A stretch of 64,000 nucleotides of DNA. Source: Girardia tigrina (Eukaryota). Below, piece after piece: positions 37,701 to 52,600 of the stretch. The position numbers were made by a program, and so were the translations under genes. The stretch is taken from NCBI GenBank assembly GCA_001938485.1, contig MQRK01230377.1, positions 1 through 64,000 on the forward strand. Direction: 5' to 3'. Numbering within the stretch: the first letter of the stretch is position 1; each line of letters opens with the position of its first letter. The notes under the pieces were generated by a model that worked only from the letters and a program-made list of their open reading frames with translations, did not search any database and was not told the origin of the DNA.

Positions 37701-40700
37701 TTTGAGTGGTAAAATGTGTTGTTTGTAACTGAAATAACTATTGCTTATATACTACTTTTTCCTAACCTTGAAAATTGAATAACTAAAACAAATCTCAAAA
37801 TATTTACAAATATTTTATAAATTTTATTAAAATAACTATTATAATAATCAAAAATTATTAATTTTAACCAGCGAATTATTTTAAATTTTTTATTAGATTT
37901 TAAAATTTAATTTATATTTTTCGGAACCCCAACAGTTGTATAAAAATTTATTCAACTGAATAATTTTGTTTACAAAAACCAAAGTTCATAGAAGTGTAAT
38001 TTAAATCTGAAACAAGAAAGAAAGTTTTTGTTAAAACGTGGTCTCAATTGTCTTTAAGAACACTTTTCAAGAAAATATAAGAAAATGATGAGAGAAAAAA
38101 GTGAAGTGTATTGTCACCTAGAATACATCAGTCTTGAAAGTTTCATGTCGCTAGGTGAACGAGAGGTGGATGAATTTTCGAATCAAGATTTGATGCATCC
38201 AGGCAGACAAACAAACAAATGAAACGTAATAAAAGCTTGTAAAAATTGTGCAATTTGATTATTTTATAAATGTTAATAAAAATTTTTTTTAATATTAATT
38301 TATTTCATTAATTTTTATTGTACGATTAGGTTCGATGTTCCAAAAATTAGCATAATTTTTCTATGAAATGGTGCTTAATGAGTTAATGAAAAATCGCTCC
38401 TAAAAATAGAGATCTAAAGTAACAGTGAAAAAATATTCAAAATCAAAGATAATCACAAATCTAATTCAAAATGCTAAATTTCAATTTCAAGCGACAAGAT
38501 ATCAATTAAAATTGATAACAATCCTACTTTTACTTTCGAGAAAACATAATTTTTTTAATTCAATTGACTTTTTATTCAATTAATTTTAAGATAATATCAA
38601 AGGTAGAATTATGCATTCCTAAGAATTTCGACACATCTATTATCAGTTTTAAAGTAAATCCTTCGAATTTCGCGTGTTTGAATAATTGCCGTAATTGAAA
38701 TAATAGTTTTACGTTAAAGATTTCCATGAATCATAATAAAAACTAACTTTTCGGTTGATTATTGAATCCCGGTAATTCTTGGAAACCTTCAAACGGTTCT
38801 TTTCGAGATTCTTCTTTAATTTTTGGAACTGGTTCTTCAGTACTGGTATTTGTAGTTATTACCCCATCAGATGTCATCCCAACTTGACCATTTGATCTCT
38901 TAGCGGATTTCCGGTTGTTTGTAGATTTTTGACGACTTAGAACTGACTGAACGAATCTCTGCAATTCACGCAGAGTAACAGGATGAAGAACCTCAAAATC
39001 AATTTCTATTTCATCAGGATTTGAATCCCTCAAAGTGGGTTCTCTTTCTTGAATTATTTGAACTATTCGGCCTAGTTTGTCCCCTGGTAATTGATTTATA
39101 TCCATGCTTAATTTTCGTTTGTCATCATATGACATCGGTTTGCAATCTTCTGTTACACGATCTGAATCATAAATGATATGATAAAAAAATTAATAATCAT
39201 ATTTTAAGGTTTTTTTATGAAATTAGTTTAAGATATAGAGGTAGAGATATTCAAAGGAAATATTTAGATTTTTAATAATTAATATTAATTATATTAAATC
39301 ATGTAATTTTATTAGATATTTCAGGACCATATTTTGTATCAATTAATAAATTCGCTGATTATGAGTCTATAATTATGAATCTATCTTTAAAAATTATTTC
39401 AGTAATTAATTTCGGCAGATTACCCCAATTCCAAATGCCCTTCTTCAAATTAAAATTAGCCATGAAACTTAAATTAAAGTCATGATTATATATTCAATTC
39501 AGGTGGAATCAAATTAAATTATTAACAGAGGTTAAGTGTGAGGCATGGATATTAATTTTCGAATCAATTATATAAAATTAATTACTGAATGTAAAATCCA
39601 CAATCCTTAGACTTAAGCTAAATTTTTTAATTGGTGATTTTGAATTAATGTAGACATTCTTTTTAGAACCGATTCATATTTGAATAAACGAACTACTTTT
39701 TAGTTTAAATATTTTGACTGAAATCATTAATGAAACGCAACAGTCCTGGAATATAATGTGTTGTTCATAAATGGCTTTATTAACTAACAAAATTATCGAG
39801 ATTACTTTTGTATTAGCTATAAACATTTAAATGTCATTGCACCATATCTTCTAATAAGAAAAATATAAGCAGTTCAAACAATTGAATGTTATAGTTTTCA
39901 TGTTAAGTAGAATTAATTGAACCAGCATTTGAAAGGTGCGAATTGGTAAGACAATTACATAAACTACAGGTGATAATTAGTCATTCAAACATTTACAGAT
40001 TCAAATATCTTCGGCGATTAATTGGACTGCTTCGACCGAACTACGGAATCATATATTTGATAGCTGGTGTCTACCATCAACTTATACGATTTATTGTAAA
40101 AATGTATTGGAAATAATATTCGTAAAGTCATTGATATTAAGAAAAATAATTATATTAACGTTGGAAAATTCTGTAATAAAATTTTTCTTATAAAACAAAC
40201 AATTTATATAAAGAGAAAAAAATTAAATATTATTTTATAAAACTTACAAAAATACGCTTATTTTTGTATGGTTTGTATAATTGATTCGTTATGATTCCTA
40301 AAGCCAGTTAGGTGAATATAAGTTTTTGTTTAAGTAAACGATTGTGTTAAGAACATCCGTACCAGAAAATTAAACCTTCCTTGTAAAAAAATATTATAAT
40401 GTTATAAACAAATAATAAATTTGTTATGAACAAAAAGTGTTCAACGATTGTAAATATCCTCGACCTAAAACATACCCAGAAATGCAATTTAACTTAAGAA
40501 AAATAAACAATGTTACATAATGAGAATACGTAATAGTAATGTTTTGTATATATTTTATATAGAGGTTTTACATAAATTTATAAAAATGAATTTTTATTTA
40601 TTTTAAACTGTTTAAATAATATTTTATTAAATTACTTATTTTTTACTATTTAATACTTTTAATAATTTGAAATAACTGTTATTAAATACAAATATATAGT

Positions 40701-43700
40701 TCATGAAATTGTTAAATATTAATTTTATTAACATCATGATATAAAGCAGATTATAATTTATGGTGATAGATATTTTATAATTTTTTATACATAAAAAATC
40801 CTGTTAAAAATCAAAATGAAAGAAATTAAATCCATCTAATTTTTATTTAATCCTAATTATTATTAACTTTAACTTACATCTTTGCGAATTTTTTAATTTA
40901 TTTTAATTTGAAACTGATTGTATTTATATTCATATTCATATGAATGACGTTTGCAAAAAAAATCTACAACTTTCTATAAAAGTTGTCTTTAATTATTACC
41001 CTATGAAATGGTAGATCACCATGGTTTCTATGTACGCTTGGGTTTCTCCAAAAAAGCTCATATATCAAAAATAATTCCTAGTACGATTTCCACTATTTTG
41101 TAGAAAAAATATAACTCGTAAAAAATATGAAATACAATTGTTTAAACGTATTTGCTTATCATATAAAAATGCTGACTAAAATACATGTAATATGGAACAG
41201 CCCTGCTTTCGAATCTTTGATTTGAAATCAACACTCTATTAATTTAGACTGTCCTCGAATACATTAACAAGGTGGAAGCCGAATCGTATTCAATACAAAA
41301 ATATAAATCCAATTTAGGTCTGATATAATGATTACGCGGATTATTTCGTACTCTAAAAATCATTTCATAATTTTTTTAAATATTTTTGTAAAAAAGAAAC
41401 TGAAAAAAATAAAAGCCCGATTTTGACCAAGCAAGATGAATGAATATCCTGAGTGTGTCAAACATGAAGAGAGCATATCGTAAATACATTTCCGAATTAA
41501 TTTCTTTATTTGTGATACATTTTGCAATTATTACAAGGGTAAATAAGATAAACGTATTTCTCGCTGGAGAAGTAAAATAGAAACTCTGATTTATCGAATT
41601 TTGTCATATACGTCAAAACAATAACTATCACATTACAGTATGAATATTTGTCACACTATTGTGATAATATAAATACTTGAACTACATCTTACCAGATATT
41701 TACGAAAAAATAGTAATAAAAAAAGCAAGATTACTGACTTGATTTTGTTGCTGATAGTTCCATATTCTGATATGATTCATTTGAAGGCATTCTGAGTGTT
41801 GCCGGTACTGCATTTGTTACATTACTTTCGGATCGAGACGGTTCTTGCGGTATTATATTGGATCCTGATTCTATTATCTGTTTCTTTTGGCGAGTAGATT
41901 TTGTATTTGCATCAGATACTATAACGTGATTATTTAGAACACCATTAGCTTTAGCTATCACAGGAGATGGGGACATGTTCCTGTTTCGTTTCTTTGATTT
42001 ACTGCTAGAAAACACAGAATTCGAGTTAACGTTAATTACAGATAAATCAAATTCAAATGGGATCTTGAGAGTTGCAGAAAGTTCTCGAATAAGGATATTT
42101 TGTTTAATGATTTTTTCTGCTACTTTGTTGTGCTAAAATGAAGAGTAAATAATGAAATAATGTTATGAGAAATAATTGGTAACCAAACATTTTATATGTT
42201 AAATATTAATCTAATGAAACCGGAATCGTTTTAAAGAATATAGAAAATGTCCAATAAATCATCATAGAGTTATTTAAATTCTTTTAATTAATTTGATATT
42301 TTAACCGTCATCAAAAGAACAGATGATTTTGTAAAGATTGTGTAATCAATGGATCAGGTATAGAAGTAGAGTGAAGTTTGGAGGTTCATGTCAGGATTGA
42401 AAGATCTGTGAGGGTCACTCTTTGAATAATTCTTAAATTGAGTGCAAAGAACCGAATTTATAGAACGATTTACGATCTATACTTTTTTTCTATACCAAGA
42501 TCAATACTTTAGAGATGACGCATTCTCTTCAATAATTGTGTTACATAAGGAGATCCTAAGGGTGTAGGTAATTTTTTCGGCAAATTTTCATTCACTTTTT
42601 TGTCCATGATATTATTATCTAATTCTTTTTTTAATTATTTCTTTTAATTCGAAATTTAGTTCGAACAATCTGAATCATAAACCACTACATCTGGGTGTGA
42701 GAGGATTTCAAAAATAAAAACCAAATACGAAATAAAATACATGAAATATAACAATAAACGGAATACAGCACATACTACACTCTAGCTTTTTTGGGACTTT
42801 TAAGATGATCTGACGAGGTCTTGATTGACCCTTTCAAAATTGACAACGTATGTAATATATTCATTAGTGAATATAAAATATATTTTTTATGTAGTTATAT
42901 CAAAAGGATGATACTAATATACATAATAAATTACTTGCAGATGATTATTTGTTCCTGTAAAGTACTTTTATAGACTTCAATTTATAAAGAAATTAGAATA
43001 TGTATAAAGAAGTTGTGGAGATGAAGCAGAGTAAAAAATACAGTGTCTTTGCAGCGATACATAAGTAAGAGGCGTATTATTTGAATATACAAGAAGATAG
43101 TGTATTAGTTGTAATATTACATGTCCAGAGCTCAGAACTAATAATAACTTAAATAATAATTATGCTAAATCAAATAGATTCTGATAATAGTAAAATTAAA
43201 TTGGTTATTAAATATAGAAAATTCTGATTTATATGTACCAATATTTAAAATTTAATTTAATAATCTTAACAAATAATTATAACAGAAAAAATTTTGTTAC
43301 CAATAAATAAAAGAAAACATCAATAATCTTTTTATCTTTGTATTTTATACAACTATATCGCATGAATTTGAGCCCCCAGAATACATTGTGAAGCTGAATG
43401 TGTTTTTACTGTACTTTGCAATTTTACTGTACTCAACCAATTCAAAGCTGTTTTAAATATGAAAGATATAATAATTCTAAAAATTGTGAAAATTGTCTAT
43501 TAAAAGATTTAATTTTGTCGCATTAAAAAATATTTGATATCAATTTTCAAATAAAAAGTAATCATTATTTAATTTAAATATTCCGTCCCTTTCTAATATT
43601 GGTCATTATAAAACGTGTGGTAAAAAAAGTTATTGTAACGTCTGATGAAGAGTTAATTTCGGATTTTCTTTTTTTCGAAACTGATTGAACGTTTTTCTAC

Positions 43701-46569
43701 ACCTCTTTAACTTCTACTCGCTTTCATTTCTTCATCACCATTGTCTATCCTGTCATCCTCATTATTATCTAACTCATCATCTGAATTGGTTCAGCTAAAT
43801 TTCAATCGTTATCATTACTCTATTCAATTTAATAGGCTTCCTGGATAAAACAAGTTAATAAAAAGTCTAGTGACAATTTAAGCGCAATTTCCTTATGTTA
43901 TTCCGTGCCCAAATATTAAAACGTTTATATCAGTATTTGACTATGATTAATTTTTTGTTACCGAACGAAAGGATATTTTTGAAAACTTTCTTCAGCAATA
44001 TTGTTCTAAATTATTGCAGGAATNNNNNNNNNNNNNNNNNNNNNNNNNNNNNNNNNNNNNNNNNNNNNNNNNNNNNNNNNNNNNNNNNNNNNNNNNNNNN
44101 NNNNNNNNNNNNNNNNNNNNNNNNNNNNNNNNNNNNNNNNNNNNNNNNNNNNNNNNNNNNNNNNNNNNNNNNNNNNNNNNNNNNNNNNNNNNNNNNNNNN
44201 AATTATTGCAGGAATCGATTGGTAAATGTTTCAAGTCGCTAAGTGGTCTGGTTGCCGAGATATAGGCCAAAAACTGCATTTTTTCGAGGTTTTTTGGCTT
44301 TTCCAGGAAATCAATAAAGAAATTCCGGGAATTTTTTTGGTCCACAATCATCCTCCGAACTTGCTTAACATATTTGCTTTTGGAACTAGCCCTCGATATT
44401 GCTTCGTTGAGGAGGAGATACGACTTAAAGCTGCGGACACACATCCACACAGAAATAACCAATTAATAATCGCAATTGTCAGTATGGAAATTGCGCTAAA
44501 AATTGGCGATATAAGTGATCCTTATTATTTTGATAAAACAGTTAATGCAATCAAATACAAAAAGATTTTAGGGCTATGTAAAGTTGAAATGTTTTATTAC
44601 GACAGAGTGATGCGACACCACATTGGATACAAGTAGTATTCGATTTCATTATCGGAACATTTTAAAGCAAGGATCATTAGATACAAAAAGATGATCAGAT
44701 CGAGGAATAGAATGACTTCCGTATACTCCGGATTTCAACCTCTGATTTTTTTCTGTGGTGTTTCTAAAGAGAAGATATTGTCAAAAATGCTCCAAGCATC
44801 ATTTCAGACTTGATAAAAAGCAAAATACTTTAAACAGTTTTTGAAAGATTTGAGATCAACTACATTTTATGGTTGCATTTCTAAAATCTCATCTCTTATT
44901 CTGCAAAACGTGCTCTTTTGAAAGACGTTAAGAACCACTTTCTCTTATTGCGAATTTTTCAAAAAGCTCACCCTTATTTGGTAGTTCAGCGTGCGTGAAG
45001 TAAGAAATTTTGAATCAGTTACCATACTTACCAGTCGATGTAATCAAAACTTTTTGGAGAAATCAAAATCGTTTTAAAAGATAAGAATTTCTTACTTCTA
45101 TGAATCAGTTTATTATCTAAAATATTGGTGAAGGTTGTGGCCTGTAATCGCCGATATTTTGATAGAATTTTTTCACTTTGATAATTATAAAATTATATCT
45201 TATTTCCTCAAAATGTTTCCTCGTGTTTCAATATACAATAATAAATAAGTGGGATTTAAAGTATAAGTAATGTTTTAACAATATGATCAAGATAAACGAA
45301 AATCAATTAATCAAATTACCGTTTCAACGAGGGATTTTTGTTCTTTATGAATTCTCTGAAGAAGCTGGATTGCATCTTCACTGACACTCTCTGATTTCTG
45401 TTTTATATTTGGAATTTGAGTCGGCTGAGGTTTGCTCAAATTAAACTGTTTGTTGAATATGTCATCAAAAATATTTTGTAAATCTTTCGCTAGTTTTGCA
45501 ATATCACTGTCCTTTCCATTATATTCATAGCAATTGTCGAAGATCAATTTAACATCATCAGCAAAATCGGATTTAGTTTTATAGCTGCCTTCATCAAGAT
45601 TCTTGCGAATTGTCGTCAAATCCATTGGTTTTTTAATAATGTTAAAATAATCCGTAAGATTTGGGAAGCGAACAACTACTGGTTCCATAAACATGTCGTT
45701 CAGGTGCTAACAATCGAATTGATAAATGTTATTAATCAATTAGAATATTTGAACTATTGATAATAGAAGAATTTTAATAACATTATTATAAACATTGAAA
45801 TTCAAAAAAATAAAGTAAAACACTCAATTATTATTGTTCTATATTCTATTACCAAAATTTCGAAATTATTCATATTATTTTGAAAATTATTCACGTTATA
45901 AGAGTCATTAGCAATTTATAATGAAAATTTTTCATTTCTGTTTTTTATATAATTTGGAGTCTATAATAAAAATACAATTTAATTTAATTTTAAAATTTAT
46001 TGTGTTGATAACATTGATTAAGCGTTTCTTATGTTTATAAGTTCAAAATGAGCATGAAATTATATGTTCAACTATCAACAAATAATAAATCTATGAAAGG
46101 GATCACAACCATGATCTTTGCCTAATTAGTGATATCATTAGATTTTATGGTTTTTTCTTTACAAAAAAAACCCTTTTAACTAAAGAAATATTATATAAAA
46201 AATAAAGGTTAAATGAATATTTATATCGACACTTATTAAAACGAATTCAAAATAAAAATTTTGTATTAAAATCATTCCGCCTAATTATTTAAATTTACTA
46301 AGTTTTACTAGACACCGAAGTCTTTAGTTATAAAATGGTTTAGGACTACCTTATATACCCAAGGGATAAATAAATGTCAAGAGAAATTTATTACAATAGT
46401 CCATCGCAAATGCTGCACCTACATGAAAATCGAATGTTAAATAAATAATAGATGGAATAGAGAACATTATTTCCTATTTCAATAATTCAAAATTTGAATC
46501 TATTATATTCAAAAATAAACTTAGAAATAATAATAACTAAATTCAATGAAGAACGAAAATTTATGATAT

Positions 46570-46609
<40 letters not shown>

Positions 46610-49600
46610 NNNNNNNNNNNNNNNNNNNNNNNNNNNNNNNNNNNNNNNNNNNNNNNNNNTATATATATATATATATATATTATCTAGAACTGATAATGGC
46701 ATTTTTAATATTAATGAAAAGAAAGTCCATTTTTGAATAGTAAATTTATTCGCAACTATTTTTCAAACAAATCAAAAACTCCTTTGTGTATTAAGGCAAA
46801 TTTAGTTTATCAATTTAAATGTCACAGTGTGAAGCCTTGTACATTGGAGAGACAAGTCGTCATCTCCGCACTAGAATTGCTGAACATACTCAATCGAGTA
46901 GAAATAGTTCGATATTGAGCCATATTAAAAGATGTAAAGGTAATCTTAAGGATTACAATAACGATTTTAAAGTGATTTTAAATAATTTTGACACAAATTA
47001 TGAAAGGATTATTGCCGAAGCATTGTTAATAAAGCATCATAAACCATGCTTAAACGTGCGAGGTGATTCATCTAATCATATTAAAGTTTTTTAAATATCA
47101 TTAAAATACTTTTTTTAAAAAAGAAAAAAAGCATGTTTTTGAGACATATGATGTAATAGTTTTTCAACTATAAAAATAATAATTAATCACTTTATTTCAT
47201 TGCACTGAAGATACCGAAATGGTGAAACGCGTATGTATTGCGAATAAATTTAATATTCTAAAATTTCTTTTGTTCTATTATACATGACGGAATTTAAAAA
47301 GAACATAAATATAAAAAAATATTTAAAACAATCCACAAAAATCTTTTTTTACATTTTTATCACTTTTTATACTTAAAATATTAAAAAGCAATAATGTGCA
47401 AAAAAAGTCCGCTTCTTTGAGTTGATCTATGCACCTGGATAAGCAATTTAAAAAATTAATAATTATATATATATATACATACATATCAAGACGGCAATTC
47501 TTGATTCAGTTCTATTAAAATATATGTAATAATTCAATAAATATTGAATATTAAACTATTCTAGACAATTATATCATTAAGTATGATCGATCAAACTAAG
47601 AAGCGATTGAATCAGTGATATGAATGAACCAAGTAAATACGCTTCGATGAACATCCCAATACATAAAATTACAATATAAATTTTTATTTGGTTACATAAA
47701 TTAAATGGAAATAAAAAAATTAAAATTATAAAATATCAAAAAATAATAATTTTGAAATAAAATTTTGCGTAAACAGATATATAATAATAAATACCATTTG
47801 AAATATTATTTGAAGATTAATTTCAAATCAACTTTACGATTTTTTTCCTCAAAAAGATGTACAGCCATTATTGGTTACGTAATCATTTCTTCGGTGTAGA
47901 AACTGTGAAAATAATGTGATGTATCCTGTGTAATCCATCAAAGTTAATTATCTTAAATGGCGTCTCAATTTTAATTGTAATATTTCGATTTTATTTTATA
48001 AATTTGATACTGTTTATACCATTAATTTATAAAATTTAATTATTAAATAACAATAATAATAAACTTAATTAATAAATTTGAATTTAAACCTTTCTAGAAA
48101 ATATTATTATAATATTATTATAGTATTAAATTAATAATAAATTTATTGTTAATTAGATGAAAAAAATAAAAGCAAAGAATAGTTTCAAAAATTAAAAAAA
48201 TAATAATTAACCCATTGTAGCCTAGTGTTATATTTATAGGACATTGCGTAAAAATAACTTTTTGTATTTATGCAGTTTTACTTTTTTAAATAATTTCATT
48301 ACTCTTAGGTTACATCCGTTGTTCACATTTTTAATTTTTTTCTTAAAAATTTCCCAGTTATTTTATTCAAAAAAAATTTTCACCAAAAAAATACTTCTTT
48401 TCTTAATTTTTAAGTTGGTATTTATTGGACTAAAAATATTTAAAAATTTTTAAAAAATAAAAATAATAAATTTAAGTTCATTAAATTAAACTTTGAAAAT
48501 TATTACGAGAAAATAATGTAATATTTAACTATTTAAATAACTGTTACTGTGAGGATTATTTCAAAGTTCAGTTTGTATGTATTATCTATGTTCTATATTG
48601 TTTAAAAGTGTTACTTCTTCATATCGTGAAGGTTTCATTAGACCACTAGAACTATTTAAATAATATTTGTAAAATGTTAAACTTGTAATTGAATATTTGA
48701 AAATCCTTAAGTAATCAAGTGCAAAACAACTAAGAAAGTCTTTTGTGTTATTGGGAAAGCAATTTCGGTTGTAGTAATAGTAAATGTTGTACTATTTGTT
48801 TGTTACTATTCAAACTAGTGAAACATGTATATTTAAGTAATTTTTAAAATATTTTTTCTATCTAAAATATTTTTAGTAAAATATTTAATTTTGCAATATC
48901 TAAATATTAAAAATTGATAAAATATATACTTTTGGATATGTAAAAGCGAAAAAGATAACCATAACTAATAGTAAAAATCCTTCAAAATTTATTATCGATA
49001 AGGGTTATATCATAATAATTAATAATAAATCTTTGATGTAAATAAATTAAAATGATTTTTTATTGATAAAGATTAATTTTAATAGTAATTGATATTCAAT
49101 AAAATGATAAGACAATAAAACTGTAAAATAGTAAAATTAAGTCAATACTTAATTCATTGTTTCACAAAAAGTATTATTTTTTATTTAATTTAAGCAATCA
49201 TTTCTTCCATTTTACATGTAAAAAATAAAAAGATTTCATTATTTTAAATAATTTAAATATTGATATTAGTCAATATTTCGTCTATTTATATACGATTGTA
49301 GAAACCCTTATTTCGCAATTCATCTATTTATTGAAGTCGATGACTTTTTAATAGCGTCAAAATTTAAATATATACGACTTCAGAAATAGTATAGCAGCGA
49401 ATCGATCTGGTAGCATCGATTAATTAAGCACCGCGGAGAATGGTGATTCTCCACCCAGATGAAAATTGGTATTTTTTTAAATTTAAAGTGATTGACTATT
49501 CGAACATAATTAAAATGTGAGTTTATTTTTAAATTAACAATTAAAATTAATTATAATATTTTTTTTAAAAAAATAGAAAAGCATTTAATTAAGTATGAAT

Positions 49601-52600
49601 AAAATTAATATAATTTAAATTAAAAATTAAATTTATTTTTAAGAATTTGATAACATTTTTATTATTTTGGGTTTTTATTCAGATATGGTTAAAATTATTT
49701 TTGATTAATATTTTTAGAAATTAAATATTTTAAATAGATTTAGAAAAATTGTTCAAATAATAATGATTCAAAATAGAAATAACAAACATAATTAGAGCAA
49801 TGTCCAACAGTGAAAGATCTTTGGAGAATTGTAATGACTCTAAATGTGATAATAATAAAAATTCAAATGAAAATTGTCTCAATGCTCTTAACAGGTTTAT
49901 TGGAGAAGAAACTTTAGCTCTGTTGTAGAATCCAAGAACATGGTCGTAATATGGTTGAAGTACTTTTGCAGAATACATAAAGATTTGCAAGTACAACGAA
50001 AATATAAATAATTTTAAAATTTTGAGTGCTTACTGTAATAAATATTAGTAGGGTGACCTGTGGAGATCTTTATGAGATATATATATATATGAGATCTTTA
50101 AACCCTAAGACGGGTCTCTCGACGACCTTATTGAGTTTTTTTTCTTAAAATAAATCGATTAGGGTTAACAGAAAATGTTCGTTATTTAAGAGCTGAATTA
50201 ACGAAAAATTGTTGCTTTAAAAAATCATGGGCCAATGAAATAAGAGATGGAAATTAAAAGACACTTTAACGGTAACTAAATTAAATTTAGTAAATTTATT
50301 TAACATTGGGAAAATATACATAATAATTCGACAGATTTTTAAACCCAACTAACAAATTGAATTAATTATTAATTTAAACATTAATTATTAATTTTAAATA
50401 AAAAATAGAATTAAAAATAAATTTTAAAAATTTGTTTCAGGTCTACTGGTTCGGTCGCAACCGGTTTTAAAATATAAATTTATGGATAATGTAAATTTAA
50501 ACTTATATTGGGCTTTCCTTTTTGGACAAGTTAATTCTGTTATTTTATAATAATTTTAAAAAAATTAAGAAATAATTTTAATTAAATTCTAAAAATTATT
50601 TTTGAATTTTTGAATATTATTTATATTTTTTCAATTATTTTGTTTTATTTTTTTTCTAGTCGATATTTGATAATTTAAAAATATTTTTCCTAAAATAAAA
50701 ATTAATTTACTCTTCTTAATTTTTTAATTTTCAAAATATATAAATATTAAAGACTTAAAAATTCCGAAAGAAATTAGTATTAAATTAAAATAATTTATTG
50801 AATTATTTGAAAATTATCAAATGTTTACTGCAAAAGTAATAATAATATTTTTTAAATTAAAGTAATTTAATATTTTAAAAATAAATAGCAGAATCAACTT
50901 TCTAATTAAACTGAAACAAAAGATACATTCAAACAACTCAATTTTTCCCTAGATTTAAAGTTCCTAATCGATAACCTAATACAGCTAAAATATAATTAAG
51001 ACTAAAAGAATATTTTAAAAATTCAAAAAAAAACATCTAGTATTAAATTAAAATAAATCATTGAATTATTTGAAAATTATTAAATTTTTAATGAAAAAAA
51101 TACTAAAATTAAAATAATTTATTTAATATTTTTTTTAATTTATATAAATTTATTTATAAATAAATTTGAAAAAAAATTGAGAGATCGTTAAAATTAAAAT
51201 TAATAAGCCAAATAAAATGTTTGAAATTGTTTATTAATTTTGACGGATTAACCGTCATTTTCAGAACAACTGATGGATATAGTTCCGTACGGGCCCCAGC
51301 AAAAATAAAAATATGACAATGTATAAAAAATATCAGCATTCCAGGAAAAATAATTTTAAAAAATTAATATAACATGTTTTTTAAGTCACAAAATCTCAAT
51401 GGAAAATATATGTATTGATCATGCAATCACTGACTTCACTAACTTTGCTAGAAATTATTATTTTATTTAATAATAGCATTGATATGTTTCTTTGAACAAA
51501 ACCTCAAAACGTGATCTTTTCCTTTACCAAATTCATTGGTATTTTAAAATCTAAACGCGACTCGCCAATATCTGGCACCCCCAACACCAAACTCCAAAGT
51601 CTCTGTAGCGAGTCAAAGTGGATTCCGCGAGATAATTCCGACATGATTCTGTAGTGATTAATGAGGTGCGGTTTCGATTCAGCTAAATCCGAGTTGATAC
51701 TGCCTGACTTGTTTATGTAGCCAATGTTTTTATCGTAAACATCGGAAATCTCAGAATTTGATTTACATTTCCAGGAACGTCCCAGTTCGCATTTACGCAT
51801 TATGCAGAGCGAGCAATCGAGAACGCTGTTGCTTCATTCTTTTGTCATATTTTCAATTTATATAATCACAGATTTAATTCGATATCGATAATTAATACAT
51901 ATTTTGTCATATATAAATGTCTTTGTGGCATAAATAAATGAGAATGGGTGTAAGTCGGAGAAGCTTGTGATTGTGTAATCAACATAGGTATTTTACTTTA
52001 AGGTTAGATTACTTAAAAAATTAAATAAAATTTTTAAATTAATTTTCCTGGAATACCGATAATTTTTTATATATTGTCATACTTTTATTTTATCTGGGGC
52101 CCGTACGGAACTATGTCAGAATATATATCATGAATAAATCATTTAAAAATCCTATATAAAGTTTGCGAGAGTGCATTTTGAACGTTCATTTTAGGATCCA
52201 AAGATCTTATACAGTGAGGTCCATTTATTAGTATCAAAAATTCATTCGATAATAGAAAACCTGGATTTTTATGTTGATTTTTTTGATTGTTGGAATTTAA
52301 TTGAAGGTAAATATATATTTTTATATCTATTAATTTAAATATAATAAATAATATTTTTTTCAACATTTTGTAATTTAAATATAATAAATTCTAAAGAAAA
52401 ATTAAAAGACAATTTAATTTTCCATCCATAAATATTATGTATTCATTTTTTAATAAAAATCGATATTGAAATTATGGAAATAAACAATTTTAATACATTT
52501 TTTATTCATTTACTTTTTTTCCATTAAATTATTCAAATTATGATTCAGATTTATAATTATAAGATTAATGAAAATTTTAGAAATATTTTTTCACTGTCGA

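Noticed and set aside
50103-50164. Tiny piggyBac-like MITE (ccctaa...ttaggg|ttaa)
   Set aside because: Only a 6-bp TIR and the left TTAA is imperfect; too little support.
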